Part shown: piece after piece, positions 27,801 to 35,486 of the stretch | Layout of the letters: each line of letters opens with the position of its first letter | Numbering within the stretch: position 1 is the stretch's first letter | From: a virus | Taxonomy: Duplodnaviria; Caudoviricetes | DNA length: 37,390 nucleotides | Virus record (IMG/VR): IMGVR_UViG_3300034062_000306 | Span: 1 to 37,390 of that record | Direction: 5' to 3' (one strand) | Made by a program: the position numbers and the translations under genes | Notes under the pieces: model-generated | Database searches by the model: none | Told to the model about the DNA's origin: nothing | Seen by the model: only the letters and a program-made list of their open reading frames with translations

Positions 27801-29692
27801 TGCTGCCCCTGAACGAAGCCATTCAGCAAAACACATTGTTGCTGACGGACATGGCGCTGACCAACAATGCTGCGAAGAGCGTTGCGTACGGCTTGCAAGC
27901 GCTGGGCAAAGGCATGGGTCCCGTCGATCCTATTACAGGTAAACCCGGCAATCTGATGCCGATCAAGACTGGCCCCGGTCCTGCTGACGCACGCACCATC
28001 CGTTTCTTCCAAGAGCCTGACCCAAGCAACCCGAAGGACACCGGCGAGCGCCATCTGATTGTCAACACCAAAGGCACCGCAGCCGAAGGCATCCCCGCCG
28101 AGCTGGTCGTGCAGAGTTTGGAAGGCGCAAGCCTTGCGCTCCCCGGGTTTTTCAAGCTGGGCGGAGCTGCTGCCGATTTGCTGCGTGCTGGTGTGACCCG
28201 CACGCCCTTGTATATTGCCCGCAAGCTGATCCGTGAGCCTATGGCCGCAGCTTTTACAGGTGGCCTGAACAGCAACGTGTTTTCTGCGGTCTTCAAAGCA
28301 GGCGCTGAGTTTGTGCGCATGAGCCGTGGTACCAGTGACGCGCAAGCCAAGCTCATTGAGAAGGGTTTAATTCAGTCCAACATCTTTGCAGGCGACATGT
28401 CTGACATGAAGAAGATGGCTCTTCAGCTTGCCAGCGGCAAAGACCAGAGCGCATTTGACAAAGTGCTGGCCGCAGCCGACCGATACGCGATGCGTGCCGA
28501 TGCTGCCACACTGGCGCTGGTGCTCAAAAACGCTGAAGAGAACGGGCTGTCAGAAGTTGAAGCTGACATGATGACGATGGAGTCCATGAACTTCTACAAG
28601 CGTGGGCTTTCGCCTACGCTGCAATACGCCAGCCGTTTGATCCCGTTCTTCAACGCGCAGATTCAGGGTCTGAGCGTTCTGATTAAGGCTGCTCGCGGCA
28701 ATATGCCGTTTGAGGAACAGCAGCAAATCAAGCGCAAGTTCTTTAACAATGCCATGCTGCTAATGGCTACGGGGCTTGTGTACGCAATGGCGATGGAAGA
28801 TGACGAGACATTCCGCAACGCCCGCCCTCGGGACAAGTACTCCAACTTCTTCTTACCTATTCCGTTCGTGGATGAGCCCATTAAACTGCCCATCCCGTTT
28901 GAAGCCGGTTACTTCTTCTCGCTGGCGGTGGCTGCTGTCGATGGCATGCGTGCCGAGACTGATGGCAAGGCGCAGTTCCAAGCGCTGCGCGACTTGTTCT
29001 TGGGGTCTATCCCCGGCTACTCGTCTATGGGAATGCCTGCACTTGTTAAGCCTGCTTTTGAAGTATGGGCCGACAAGAACTTTTTGACCGGTGGTTCCGT
29101 GGAGCCTCGCCGTTTGCAGAGTGTCAACACTGAGGAGCGCTACCTTGCGACCACCACAGAGCTGGCCAAGCAGATGAGCAAGGCGGTGCCAATCCTGTCA
29201 CCCATTCAGATCGAGCACATTGTGCGCGGGTATCTGGGCGTGCTGCCCTTGGTGGCTGCGGCGGGAGCCAACAGTTTGTTTGAGGGTGAGAAAAAGGCGG
29301 AGAAACCCGAAAGCCGTGCGTCTGAATTACCGTTGATTGGCACCGCGTTCCAGAAAAAGTACGGTGGTGGCGATGCCGACGTGGTGTACCGCGAAGCGCA
29401 AGAAGCCATTGAGGCTCGCAACACATTTAACAAGATGCTCAGAGAAGGCCGCAGAGAAGACGCCGTTGCTTACCGCGATAAGAACAAGGCCGATCTAGCT
29501 ATGGCTTCCGCTGCGGGGCAGTATCGGCAAGTGGTTGGTCGCATCAACGAGGACATCCGCCGTACGCAAGATCGCACTGACCTGACACCACAAGAAAAGC
29601 GCATCCGTTTGGATGCGCTGGATAAGGCAAAACAGGAACGCGCCGATGCGTTTATCCAAATGTCACGCAGAATAGCGGAGCGGGTAGGTTAA
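21836..29692 (+). CDS. Giant polyvalent/ejection protein with zincin-like metallopeptidase and C-terminal LPD38-like domain
   Basis: 2618 aa. Hydrophobic Gly/Ala N-terminal region, long coiled coils, HEATGH...EEVLA motif (26660-26830), C-terminal PFFNAQIQG, LPIPFEAG and SPIQIEHIVRGYLG motifs. Confidence 0.7.
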   Translation: MADKIQLPNGAFFPVKEGESKEQALAVAKQMYPDAFQKTQSAEPKQDTSGFKAAASAGATRLGGEFELLKGKLGVKSEAEAQKEYEAAQAKAAARFTPTEKGFTEAPFLKFKELLGGSVPYVVAPAAAGLAALAAPVAAPVAAGLGLLGASAVSAGQFTGSNLAAQVDTGKTLEEASLGKAVGAAIPQALIDTAAMALLPGVGKLFSSVGSKLTAEQAKAIASQTLARTAADYTAKTGLAMGREGITEVAQQVLERLQAGLAIADPEARKEYIDSFIGGAVLGGTLAPVGRAFERSGAKSQAAAEDRKTRLAAKAEEQRLAAEADAKEEAFKKSPDYALKVADDYAAAEKAKADLMAQKRKIVKGSPTETADKAFNTIITKQLQAQAPELKALGDEYVRLEPIIKQAIEQKRIETLTPEEYSLEQMQADVAGAAPRRTRDERLAALNQPIPEEETAPSPDAAYVDDRLALARAQVTFTGDIEKDAPDYVDYLMTDPRMAQTIVNNQTALPGFNRKEQNLIRDILKVKLDAFPQPQAGTAASQARVGIVEEEEQAAIEAQRAADEAEATRMETERADAQRTARLAPEVEGIKRLGKVPEGAFSSANADAIFRDMYLKQADEERVDQLLSTLPMSSITTPGKIYAGLGFETASRRDLLTRIAVAKAHTGTEDVAQLREALAKLDAEAGSKANMSERLPGEGLLPEAEKKTIAAEKLADQQSRTLQEYIQFLEDKKRGKPRGTLRLGRKERLETAGDEFKAAYAKQHVDEVNARLDAFGLPQLTETEAKIATGRVMRNLNELGERWTVSSTAAPGLGTFAAPVKAMEVLQEQIRSGMFKTINDAAERANLVRRGEKAGKTRTAEGGARIATPDELKLRAESTVPKNDKRIATELATQLRDTLDQRTYARPEQPAPKGKEGSNRADMALAFGAQERGMRADIASRAESLDEDTKDFVRLAADTLDQIKDESLITRLKEGLQDVAEGRKVSALTQQELKDFVATRAKDVQSTTRPGATPEELQRTSAQPQMSLAGFDEVGERTQRATPKNFQKMLDSKDVQGMRAAIAKMRTDNIVAIQEAARNTPAALRAARTAKARVAYNAALAQEQKNSSVVSKLKAVFTEERAGAREVVDALQNQLVGLQKRIDEVAEVRSMLGKETNDMALMIQAPSVLGQEKALQKRLKETQTALDFAKDLVVAVDKQNAASATLYDMLTKEVTTTTEVRRTRETGGRFQAFEKQQRRGEQAVEDARKELDAAERAEREAAVEIKKTKSVQSEFRDTAQRAREGLDLPGLRSTVDTTKMRTQISNIRSAMGSLDAQLNAETDPVKKAAIQAKIDATAAKLETVYADAPRITTAIAEKDQLLFEQTFDDVHIAAYDKQMAKARIKGGEYGPALSNRRQGTVDRPQTGGRIVQTGEKRATPASEMAGSALERVAQERAALRELEDRVAFLRANGKDKVKGRLTDAFKALQEKVTKQKVVVRETEEAQKATVAAVRDINKEERAEKARVRKAEVKAEDDGVVFRTTTRGGPTLATEEVSAIADRITADWKNAPEIVVVATENELPLRILGLLVKREATKNTPGLFDIPSGKVYLIASNLRSAQDVVLTVAHEATGHFGLRDLLGGDYTRTMDSLYAGNPDVRKQADAKLAKEPALTQQVAVEEVLADMAETGGVTPAEKSALRRIYEVLRNWFRTTFKLPNVTDAEVQQLVANARKQVIEGGKKAEGVAPEGGILRRTKQTEPANALESLAREITAQPLTLKEKLGNNLALQTEMQAVDMRAGLRETLRFGDDSLFTQAMYHVRKAEQKMAQMFTVMNSGPLVAYKDAKGFIGYRSSNENSARDVFDAIADIPVDDPQLKTNIAQAYLVAIRANNKGLSKLDMGELGVTQEALDAALAAADADPALKTALENVRRKYNAYNKGLIEFLASTGRISKKAAADLLKDGDYVPYYRVRDNGMAELNFGNNVTFNVGDIRRQPYLAELKGGQTKLLPLNEAIQQNTLLLTDMALTNNAAKSVAYGLQALGKGMGPVDPITGKPGNLMPIKTGPGPADARTIRFFQEPDPSNPKDTGERHLIVNTKGTAAEGIPAELVVQSLEGASLALPGFFKLGGAAADLLRAGVTRTPLYIARKLIREPMAAAFTGGLNSNVFSAVFKAGAEFVRMSRGTSDAQAKLIEKGLIQSNIFAGDMSDMKKMALQLASGKDQSAFDKVLAAADRYAMRADAATLALVLKNAEENGLSEVEADMMTMESMNFYKRGLSPTLQYASRLIPFFNAQIQGLSVLIKAARGNMPFEEQQQIKRKFFNNAMLLMATGLVYAMAMEDDETFRNARPRDKYSNFFLPIPFVDEPIKLPIPFEAGYFFSLAVAAVDGMRAETDGKAQFQALRDLFLGSIPGYSSMGMPALVKPAFEVWADKNFLTGGSVEPRRLQSVNTEERYLATTTELAKQMSKAVPILSPIQIEHIVRGYLGVLPLVAAAGANSLFEGEKKAEKPESRASELPLIGTAFQKKYGGGDADVVYREAQEAIEARNTFNKMLREGRREDAVAYRDKNKADLAMASAAGQYRQVVGRINEDIRRTQDRTDLTPQEKRIRLDALDKAKQERADAFIQMSRRIAERVG

Positions 29693-29886
29693 GAAACACG
29701 GTCGGGGAGGCGATAGAACCACACCCCGATGATGCCGTTACGGATGCCCGCAATAGCGCGGGCATCTCGGTATCTCAACGCTTGGTTCAGCCCCTTGATG
29801 CGCACGGCTTCCGTGTCGAGGCAGGGGACAAAGAACCCCTGTCCTCGCTCAGTCTTGTCCCACGGGAACCGAATTGAGTAGCTCAT
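29689..29886 (-). CDS. Small protein, possibly DNA-binding
   Basis: FPW...GQGFFVP...GVWFYR pattern. Its stop overlaps the giant gene stop at TTAA. Confidence 0.6.
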   Translation of the reverse strand: MSYSIRFPWDKTERGQGFFVPCLDTEAVRIKGLNQALRYRDARAIAGIRNGIIGVWFYRLPDRVS

Positions 29887-32785
29887 TATCCTTCTCAGTA
29901 ATAAGGCGTGAAATCTTCAGCACAGCCACACGCATCTGGGGGCCACGGGTCTTGGCGGTCATGTCCTTCTTGGAGATTTCCGACACCTTGAACAGCGCCC
30001 CAAGCTGACGCTTGAAGTCCGCGTAGCCGAAGCTCATGTTGGCGCAGCAAGCCTTGAGCATACTCTGCTCGATGAAGTAGTCAATGTACCCCGGCGTTGC
30101 GCCGTGCTCAATGCGCCCCATGATGCGTGATCTGGTGGTCGAGTCATCGACCTCCTTGCCGTTGCCAAGCTCTGCCAGTACGCGGTTGCCCTCGACGTGG
30201 CGGATAACGATGAACTGGCCGTAGTGCTCGCGGGTATAAGCGTTCAGGACATCTTCGGCGCTACGGGCGTTGCCTTTGATATTGTTGCGCATGCCGGTGA
30301 CAATCCCGTGCAGGAACTCGATGATCTTGCCCATCGGTATGTCAATGATACCGGCATGGGTGCTCGACATGAGAATGCCAGCGCCGACCAGCTCGGCAAT
30401 ACCCGCCATCCAGAAGCGCTCATCATTGGTAGCGTTGAACTCCTTGTACATGTTCGACACGATCTCGGGCACCATTGTCTTGAGCAACTCGACGTTCTTG
30501 GCCATGTACTCGACCAGCATGTGGCCAGCTACCGCATAGTTGTGCTGCAAGGACTTGACGATCTCAATCTCGTGCGGCTCCCATGTCAGCGGCTGGTCCA
30601 TGATGAACTCCAGCAGGCGGCGAAGCTCGCCCTCAGACGCATGGTTGCGGCCCCCCGTGAGCATATCAACGGCGTGGGTGTTGGACGACATGATCGCCAC
30701 GGTCATCCATGTGGACAGGTTCAAGCGCTCTTTGTTGGAGCCGGACTCCATACGCTCCTTGCCACGGCCCTCGGTCATGTCCAGCAGGAACTCGGGGAAC
30801 CACTCGAAGTTGTTGCGGTTCTTGCTGGTGATCTCATCCGTAATCAGCGGGTTGCTGTTGAGTAGACCCAAGCGCTGCTGCATGGCTACGGGGGATGTGC
30901 CCTTGCCTGTGCGGTAGTGGGTGGGGTGGCCCCAGACGGATGCGGCTGCTTCCAGCGCCAGCGTCTTGCCTGTGCCGGACTCGGTTGAGCCGCAGTGGTA
31001 GGTCATGCCGTAGATACCCGTGAAGCGCATCAGGGGCGCTCCAGCACCGGCAAGCATGACGGCCAAGTGGGCGTACATCTTCTTGTGGATAAGTAGGTTG
31101 ATGAACGCACGCCACGCCTCGATGGTGCCGGTTGGTTTGGTGTTTGCCACGATGTTCTCAAGTCCGGCCATAGGCACGGAGATGGGCGCTGCTGCCTTGC
31201 TGTAAATCTTGCCAGCGAAGACGTAGGTATCGTCCTCTTGCCAGCCATAGTTTGATGGCACTTTAACGGCTGCCTTACCGGTACTTGCTTGTTCCACGCA
31301 TGCCCTCACATATTCAAAAAGGTTTTTGTCATTACCAGCGCCAAAGGAGGCGATGATGTTTTGTTGAGCCAGTGCTTTGACTGTCTCGTCTTTGCTCACC
31401 ACCGCTCTTTGCGGGATGGTGATTGTTGCTGGGCCTTCTGGCCGCAGCGCTAGCATGTGAACAGTGTGTTCACCGCCGCTGTTCAGGATATCCACCACGA
31501 ACAGATCGTATGGCAACAACATCACCTGCTTCTTGGTTGTGTTGCCGTCAGCATCTTCCATCGACTTTTCGGAAAACACGCCGCCCTTGCTGCCGTAGCC
31601 GAACCCACGCGGAGGCGTAGGACGCAGCAGTTTCTTGACCTCGGGCGCGATGCTAGGGCTTTCCGATGGGATAACGATTTCGATTTCTTTCTCAGCCACG
31701 TCCATTTCAATCACACGGCCAAGCGCAAGCGGGTTGGTGATCTTGCCAAAGTGTTGACACCCGTCACAGCCGCCCGGGTTCTCGCTCTCAAACTTCACGC
31801 ACGGGTACGGCCCCTTGATCTGCGCCTGCTTTTCACGCATGCGCTGCTCGTCGTAGGGATGCAACCCACTGAGCCACGCCGCTGCACGCTCGCCGTCCGA
31901 ACACTTCTGGGCAATGCTCAGCCAGCCACGCCACAAGGGCTCCATGCCGTCCTCTTCGGCGTTCTCTACGAAGTGCTTGAGCTGAGCGCAGCCGGTGCCG
32001 TTCTTGGTCTTCAGGAAGATCGTGCCGAACTTGGTCGTGCTGTTCTCAAACAACTTGGCTCCGGCCATCGTAGTCGGCACTGCTGGCGCTGCATCTGGGC
32101 GCTTCCCCGGCAGGCTCAACGCAGACGTTGCCGCTGCTGGAGCCGTCGTAGTTAGCTTGGCTGCAATGGCTTGGCTGATGGTGTCAAAGTTAAAGCGGTC
32201 GCCCTCGGTCAGCAGCTTGACTTGCTTAGGCTCCCCGTACTTCCACGAGCCATCCTCTTTGTTCTTCTTAAAGTTGAACGTGTTGGGGATCCGCAGCACC
32301 CGTGCAGCGTCTGCTGTCACAGTCATGTCGATGTTGAGCTTTTGCTGCTTGCACAGGCGCTTCAAGTTCTCGGCAGTGGGCTTCCACACAGCCACATCGA
32401 TGTCTTCAGTGAACGGCCAGTAGCAGTGCAGCCCGCCGCCAGAGAACACGATCCACGGAGCGCCCAGCGCATCCAAGCCAGTTTCGGCAAGGAACGCACC
32501 GAGTGCCAGCGCAGCCTGCTTCTTGGAAGCGTAGCCGTCCATGTCGATGAACAGGGATTTGATGGAGCGAGCGTTCTCTGCCGTGCGCTTGCCCGATGTC
32601 TCGAACGATGCCAGTGCGAAGTAAACGTCCTGCTGTGCCTCGACCCAGTTGTCTACGGCAGGGTAAAAGTCTTCCAGATTCTCGACATACCGGTGCTCTT
32701 TCTTTTTTGTGCTCAGTTCCGCCGCGCAGTACAACCCGTTATCCGGGGACGGCAAAACCACCGCAAGGAATTCAAGCGGGTTCAT
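29849..32785 (-). CDS. Primase-helicase (AEP/RepB-like primase, Cys cluster, DUF927 and P-loop helicase)
   Basis: LFIDMD, SGGGLHCYW and RVLRIP primase motifs. PCVKFESENPGGCDGC. YGWQ. Walker A SGTGKT and Walker B LITDE. Confidence 0.85.
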   Translation of the reverse strand: MNPLEFLAVVLPSPDNGLYCAAELSTKKKEHRYVENLEDFYPAVDNWVEAQQDVYFALASFETSGKRTAENARSIKSLFIDMDGYASKKQAALALGAFLAETGLDALGAPWIVFSGGGLHCYWPFTEDIDVAVWKPTAENLKRLCKQQKLNIDMTVTADAARVLRIPNTFNFKKNKEDGSWKYGEPKQVKLLTEGDRFNFDTISQAIAAKLTTTAPAAATSALSLPGKRPDAAPAVPTTMAGAKLFENSTTKFGTIFLKTKNGTGCAQLKHFVENAEEDGMEPLWRGWLSIAQKCSDGERAAAWLSGLHPYDEQRMREKQAQIKGPYPCVKFESENPGGCDGCQHFGKITNPLALGRVIEMDVAEKEIEIVIPSESPSIAPEVKKLLRPTPPRGFGYGSKGGVFSEKSMEDADGNTTKKQVMLLPYDLFVVDILNSGGEHTVHMLALRPEGPATITIPQRAVVSKDETVKALAQQNIIASFGAGNDKNLFEYVRACVEQASTGKAAVKVPSNYGWQEDDTYVFAGKIYSKAAAPISVPMAGLENIVANTKPTGTIEAWRAFINLLIHKKMYAHLAVMLAGAGAPLMRFTGIYGMTYHCGSTESGTGKTLALEAAASVWGHPTHYRTGKGTSPVAMQQRLGLLNSNPLITDEITSKNRNNFEWFPEFLLDMTEGRGKERMESGSNKERLNLSTWMTVAIMSSNTHAVDMLTGGRNHASEGELRRLLEFIMDQPLTWEPHEIEIVKSLQHNYAVAGHMLVEYMAKNVELLKTMVPEIVSNMYKEFNATNDERFWMAGIAELVGAGILMSSTHAGIIDIPMGKIIEFLHGIVTGMRNNIKGNARSAEDVLNAYTREHYGQFIVIRHVEGNRVLAELGNGKEVDDSTTRSRIMGRIEHGATPGYIDYFIEQSMLKACCANMSFGYADFKRQLGALFKVSEISKKDMTAKTRGPQMRVAVLKISRLITEKDNELLNSVPVGQD

Positions 32786-32800
32786 TAGCGTCCTTGGGGT

Positions 32801-32983
32801 TTACGCGAACAGGTCGAGTTGCTTTTCGTCGCGGACGGGGTATTCGTTGATAACGGCGAGGCGGCAGAAGCGGGAGTACAACTCAAACTGAACGTCGAGC
32901 GGGAAGCCCTCTGCTGTCCAGATGTTGTCGCAGTGCAAGATCAACTCGCGGTTGCTCAGGCTTGAAGGTTGTAGTGTTGACAT
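32801..32983 (-). CDS. Hypothetical protein
   Basis: MSTLQPSSLSNRELI...QLDLFA. Start is 32983 or 32995. Confidence 0.6.
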   Translation of the reverse strand: MSTLQPSSLSNRELILHCDNIWTAEGFPLDVQFELYSRFCRLAVINEYPVRDEKQLDLFA

Positions 32984-33234
32984 ATTTTTTTCCATGCCTC
33001 GTCGGCAGAGCGTGAAGTTTGAAGGAATTTGAGCAGCGTTTCTACGCGGTGCTCGTACGCAGGAAAGATGTCTCCGCCTGCGAACCAGTTGTATGCGGTC
33101 TGGCGTGTAACGCCTAGCGCTTTGGAGATGCGAACGACAGAGAAGTCATGGTGAACAGCCCAACGTCCGAGCTGATTGCCCGGAGTCTTCGGCGCACGCA
33201 TAACCATGTCGATTGTTTTTTGTGAGTAGGCCAT
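32956..33234 (-). CDS. Cro-like helix-turn-helix regulator
   Basis: SVVRISKALGVTRQTAYNWFAG is an HTH signature. Confidence 0.8.
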   Translation of the reverse strand: MAYSQKTIDMVMRAPKTPGNQLGRWAVHHDFSVVRISKALGVTRQTAYNWFAGGDIFPAYEHRVETLLKFLQTSRSADEAWKKICQHYNLQA

Positions 33235-33244
33235 AAGGGTCTTA

Positions 33245-33343
33245 AAGGTGGGGGTACTCGCTGCGTCTGTGCCTTACTGGTTATTGCCACAATTCCCTGT
33301 TACGGGTCAGAGGCATCACAGCATCCGCTTTCCCCCCGAAACT
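33245..33343 (-). ncRNA. Putative structured intergenic element A
   Basis: The - strand reads AGUUUCGGGGGGAA...AGUACCCCCACCUU, with a G/C basal stem, GAA/AGUA internal loop and inner pairings (CUGUG/CACAG, CCC/GGG). Confidence 0.6.
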
Positions 33344-33346
33344 TAC

Positions 33347-33631
33347 TTAGGTCTTGGCAGGGAACAGTTGGGCCAGCACAGCCTCATACTGGGTCTTGCG
33401 GCGCTCCAGCAGCGCTACCTTGTCCAGCTTGTCCAACAGGCTCGGGAAGTTGATGTCTTCCTTGGCGCACTGCTCTTGGATGTCTGCCTCAAGGCGAATG
33501 AGTTCATCGTCCAGCTTGGCCATCTCTAGCTCAGCTTGGCTGCGAACCTTGCGTGCTCGGATGGGTGCCAGTGCTTCGGACAGTTTCTCCTTGGACATGG
33601 CGATGATTTCTGCGAATGGTTTGAGTTTCAT
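33347..33631 (-). CDS. Hypothetical coiled-coil protein
   Basis: AGGAG RBS, ATGA overlap with the upstream gene, helical composition. Confidence 0.75.
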   Translation of the reverse strand: MKLKPFAEIIAMSKEKLSEALAPIRARKVRSQAELEMAKLDDELIRLEADIQEQCAKEDINFPSLLDKLDKVALLERRKTQYEAVLAQLFPAKT

Positions 33632-33927
33632 AATGTTTCTCCTGTGAGTAAAAGTTTGTTGTCTGGTTTGTTGAGGAATGCCAACGGGCTTTTTGGATCG
33701 TGTTTTGGTTTTTGGCTCTGTTCCTGACTCATCTGACCGAAAAGTGCTTGGCCTCCCTGTATGTGCCCGAAGCCTTGTTGCACGTACATCTGCTGCTGCT
33801 GTATGAGTCGGCGGTAGTCTTCCTCTTTCATGTGGCGAAGCTGCATCTCACGCTCGTGCTCGTACCTCTCTCGCTCAAGATATACGTCACGGTTGGCATC
33901 GTAAAGCTGGTTCGTTGTTACTGCCAT
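33628..33927 (-). CDS. Hypothetical Gln/Glu/Arg-rich protein
   Basis: AAGGAG RBS directly after element B. Confidence 0.7.
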   Translation of the reverse strand: MAVTTNQLYDANRDVYLERERYEHEREMQLRHMKEEDYRRLIQQQQMYVQQGFGHIQGGQALFGQMSQEQSQKPKHDPKSPLAFLNKPDNKLLLTGETL

Positions 33928-33941
33928 GTCTTTCTCCTTGT

Positions 33942-34028
33942 AAGGTGGGGGTACTGACGGTGCTCTCCTTGTGACGGCACCAGTTTATTGGTAGAGAGCG
34001 AGGCGACTCCCGCGTTCCCCCCGAAACT
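33942..34028 (-). ncRNA. Putative structured intergenic element B
   Basis: Same two 14-nt ends as element A with a different interior that still pairs (GCUCUC/GAGAGC, UACCA/UGGUG). Confidence 0.6.
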
Positions 34029-34030
34029 AA

Positions 34031-35002
34031 TTATTCGTCATCCCAGTCGGCAACGACATCGGCCAGCGCTTTCTTGCCGGGCACAGCCGTTGGCTTTGCC
34101 GCTGCTGCCTTCTTCACGACTGGCTCTTCGTCTTCCTCGGGCGCTTCGACCACTGGGGCTGGCTTGGCCTTGGCTTTAGCCTTGGGGGCTGGTGCGGGGG
34201 CTTCGTCTTCCTCGGGCTCTTCGACCACTGGTGCGGCCTTGGCCTTCGGCGCTGCACCCTTGAGCGCATCAGCAGGCTTGCCCATGTCCATACCAGTGGA
34301 GTCCATCGTGATGGCTTTCTTGGCTTCGGCGGTGTCGCCCTGCTTGGTGGCTTCAGCGAACTCGTCATCAGTCAACCAGCGCATGGCCTTGAAGAACAGC
34401 TTGGGGGACTCGCTGGCAGTGTCGAACTTCATGCGGGTCACAACAGTGCTCGGGTCAACGCCTTGGGCCACGAGCCAGCGTGCGTACGCTTGCAGTGGGC
34501 GGTTGTCGCCTTCGTCCTTACCGAAGATCGAGGTGGCTGGCAGGGATAACTGCATCACATCGCCTTCGATGTTGTTGGCCAAGACGACTGCCAAGCGCTG
34601 CTGGTAACGGCAAGCGCGGGTATTGCCAGTACCGGAACCGGCCACGTTCTGTGGGCAGGCTGCGCAGGTGTCGGACTGTTTGTTCTTGCTATTGGAGTCT
34701 GGTGTGTCGCCATCGTTGGACTGACAGTCAGGTTTGGCGGCGGTTGCGTCCTTGTCGTACTTGGCGGCGTAGAACACACGGGCCACTTTCGGTGCGGCCT
34801 TGACGATCACCACATCGAGGAAGCGCTCATCGACTGCTGCGATTTCTTTGCCGTCAGAGATCAGACGGAACACGCCACCTTTGATCGACACGCGTTTGCC
34901 GCTGGCACCACCACCCGCAAGGGCTTTGGCAATGTCAGACATCTCGGCCTTGCGTGCGAAGGCGGGTACTTGGGCGGGGTTAAACAGAGCTACATTACTC
35001 AT
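34031..35002 (-). CDS. ssDNA-binding/annealing-type protein
   Basis: Beta-rich core with four Cys (DCQS, CAAC, ACRY), a long Ala/Pro/Lys/Glu linker with duplicated PVVExPEEDE, and an acidic-aromatic tail DWDDE. Replication context. Confidence 0.55.
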   Translation of the reverse strand: MSNVALFNPAQVPAFARKAEMSDIAKALAGGGASGKRVSIKGGVFRLISDGKEIAAVDERFLDVVIVKAAPKVARVFYAAKYDKDATAAKPDCQSNDGDTPDSNSKNKQSDTCAACPQNVAGSGTGNTRACRYQQRLAVVLANNIEGDVMQLSLPATSIFGKDEGDNRPLQAYARWLVAQGVDPSTVVTRMKFDTASESPKLFFKAMRWLTDDEFAEATKQGDTAEAKKAITMDSTGMDMGKPADALKGAAPKAKAAPVVEEPEEDEAPAPAPKAKAKAKPAPVVEAPEEDEEPVVKKAAAAKPTAVPGKKALADVVADWDDE

Positions 35003-35013
35003 GGTCTTCTTTC

Positions 35014-35418
35014 TTACTTGCTTGGTTTGCGAACGGAAATATCGTACTCAGCGTTGGAGTTGAGTCCGGGTGGCAGAACGCCGGGGTTTTCTTCGAGGAA
35101 CTGCTTCATGTTGGTCTGAGCAATTCGTTTCTCGAACAGGTCGAGCGCGTCATGCTGCGTCACAAAGGTCTTGAACGAGTCCCAGTCCGTTGTTGAGTAG
35201 CGTGTCTTGATCGACATGACAACAGTGCCTTGCGGCGTGTTGACGGATGTGACGCCAAGCGCTTGCATCTGGTCTTTCATTGCATGCTTGATGTCGTCTT
35301 GCGTAGCCTTGAGCAACTCCACTTTCGTGTCGTACTCTCTGGTCAGGGTTTCGATTTCGCTGCGAATCTTTCGGTAGACCTTCGCTAACTTGTCGAGTGG
35401 TATGACTGTTGTAGTCAT
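35014..35418 (-). CDS. Phage replication-region protein (Gam/Gp157-like coiled coil)
   Basis: AGGAG RBS. N-terminal coiled coil, then TPQGTV, DWDSF, LFEKRI and PPGLN. Confidence 0.55.
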   Translation of the reverse strand: MTTTVIPLDKLAKVYRKIRSEIETLTREYDTKVELLKATQDDIKHAMKDQMQALGVTSVNTPQGTVVMSIKTRYSTTDWDSFKTFVTQHDALDLFEKRIAQTNMKQFLEENPGVLPPGLNSNAEYDISVRKPSK

Positions 35419-35438
35419 GGGCTTCTCCTATTTTTGTT

Positions 35439-35481
35439 TGTCTAAGGTTGGACAGTGTACACAGGTTTCTGGTCTTTGCAA
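35439..35481 (-). promoter_or_regulatory. Putative sigma70-type promoter with overlapping operator-like palindrome
   Basis: On the - strand: TTGCAA (35481-35476), 16-nt spacer, TACACT (35459-35454), then the imperfect palindrome TGTCCAACCTTAGACA (35454-35439). Confidence 0.5.
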
Positions 35482-35486
35482 CTCCT

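Noticed and set aside
23758-28356. Long antisense ORFs (up to 419 aa) opposite the giant gene
   Set aside because: Shadow frames caused by codon bias of the + strand gene. They lack recognisable motifs.
33245-34028. Elements A and B considered as intrinsic terminators or tRNAs
   Set aside because: There is no U-tract after the stem on the coding strand, and no cloverleaf, T-loop consensus or CCA end.
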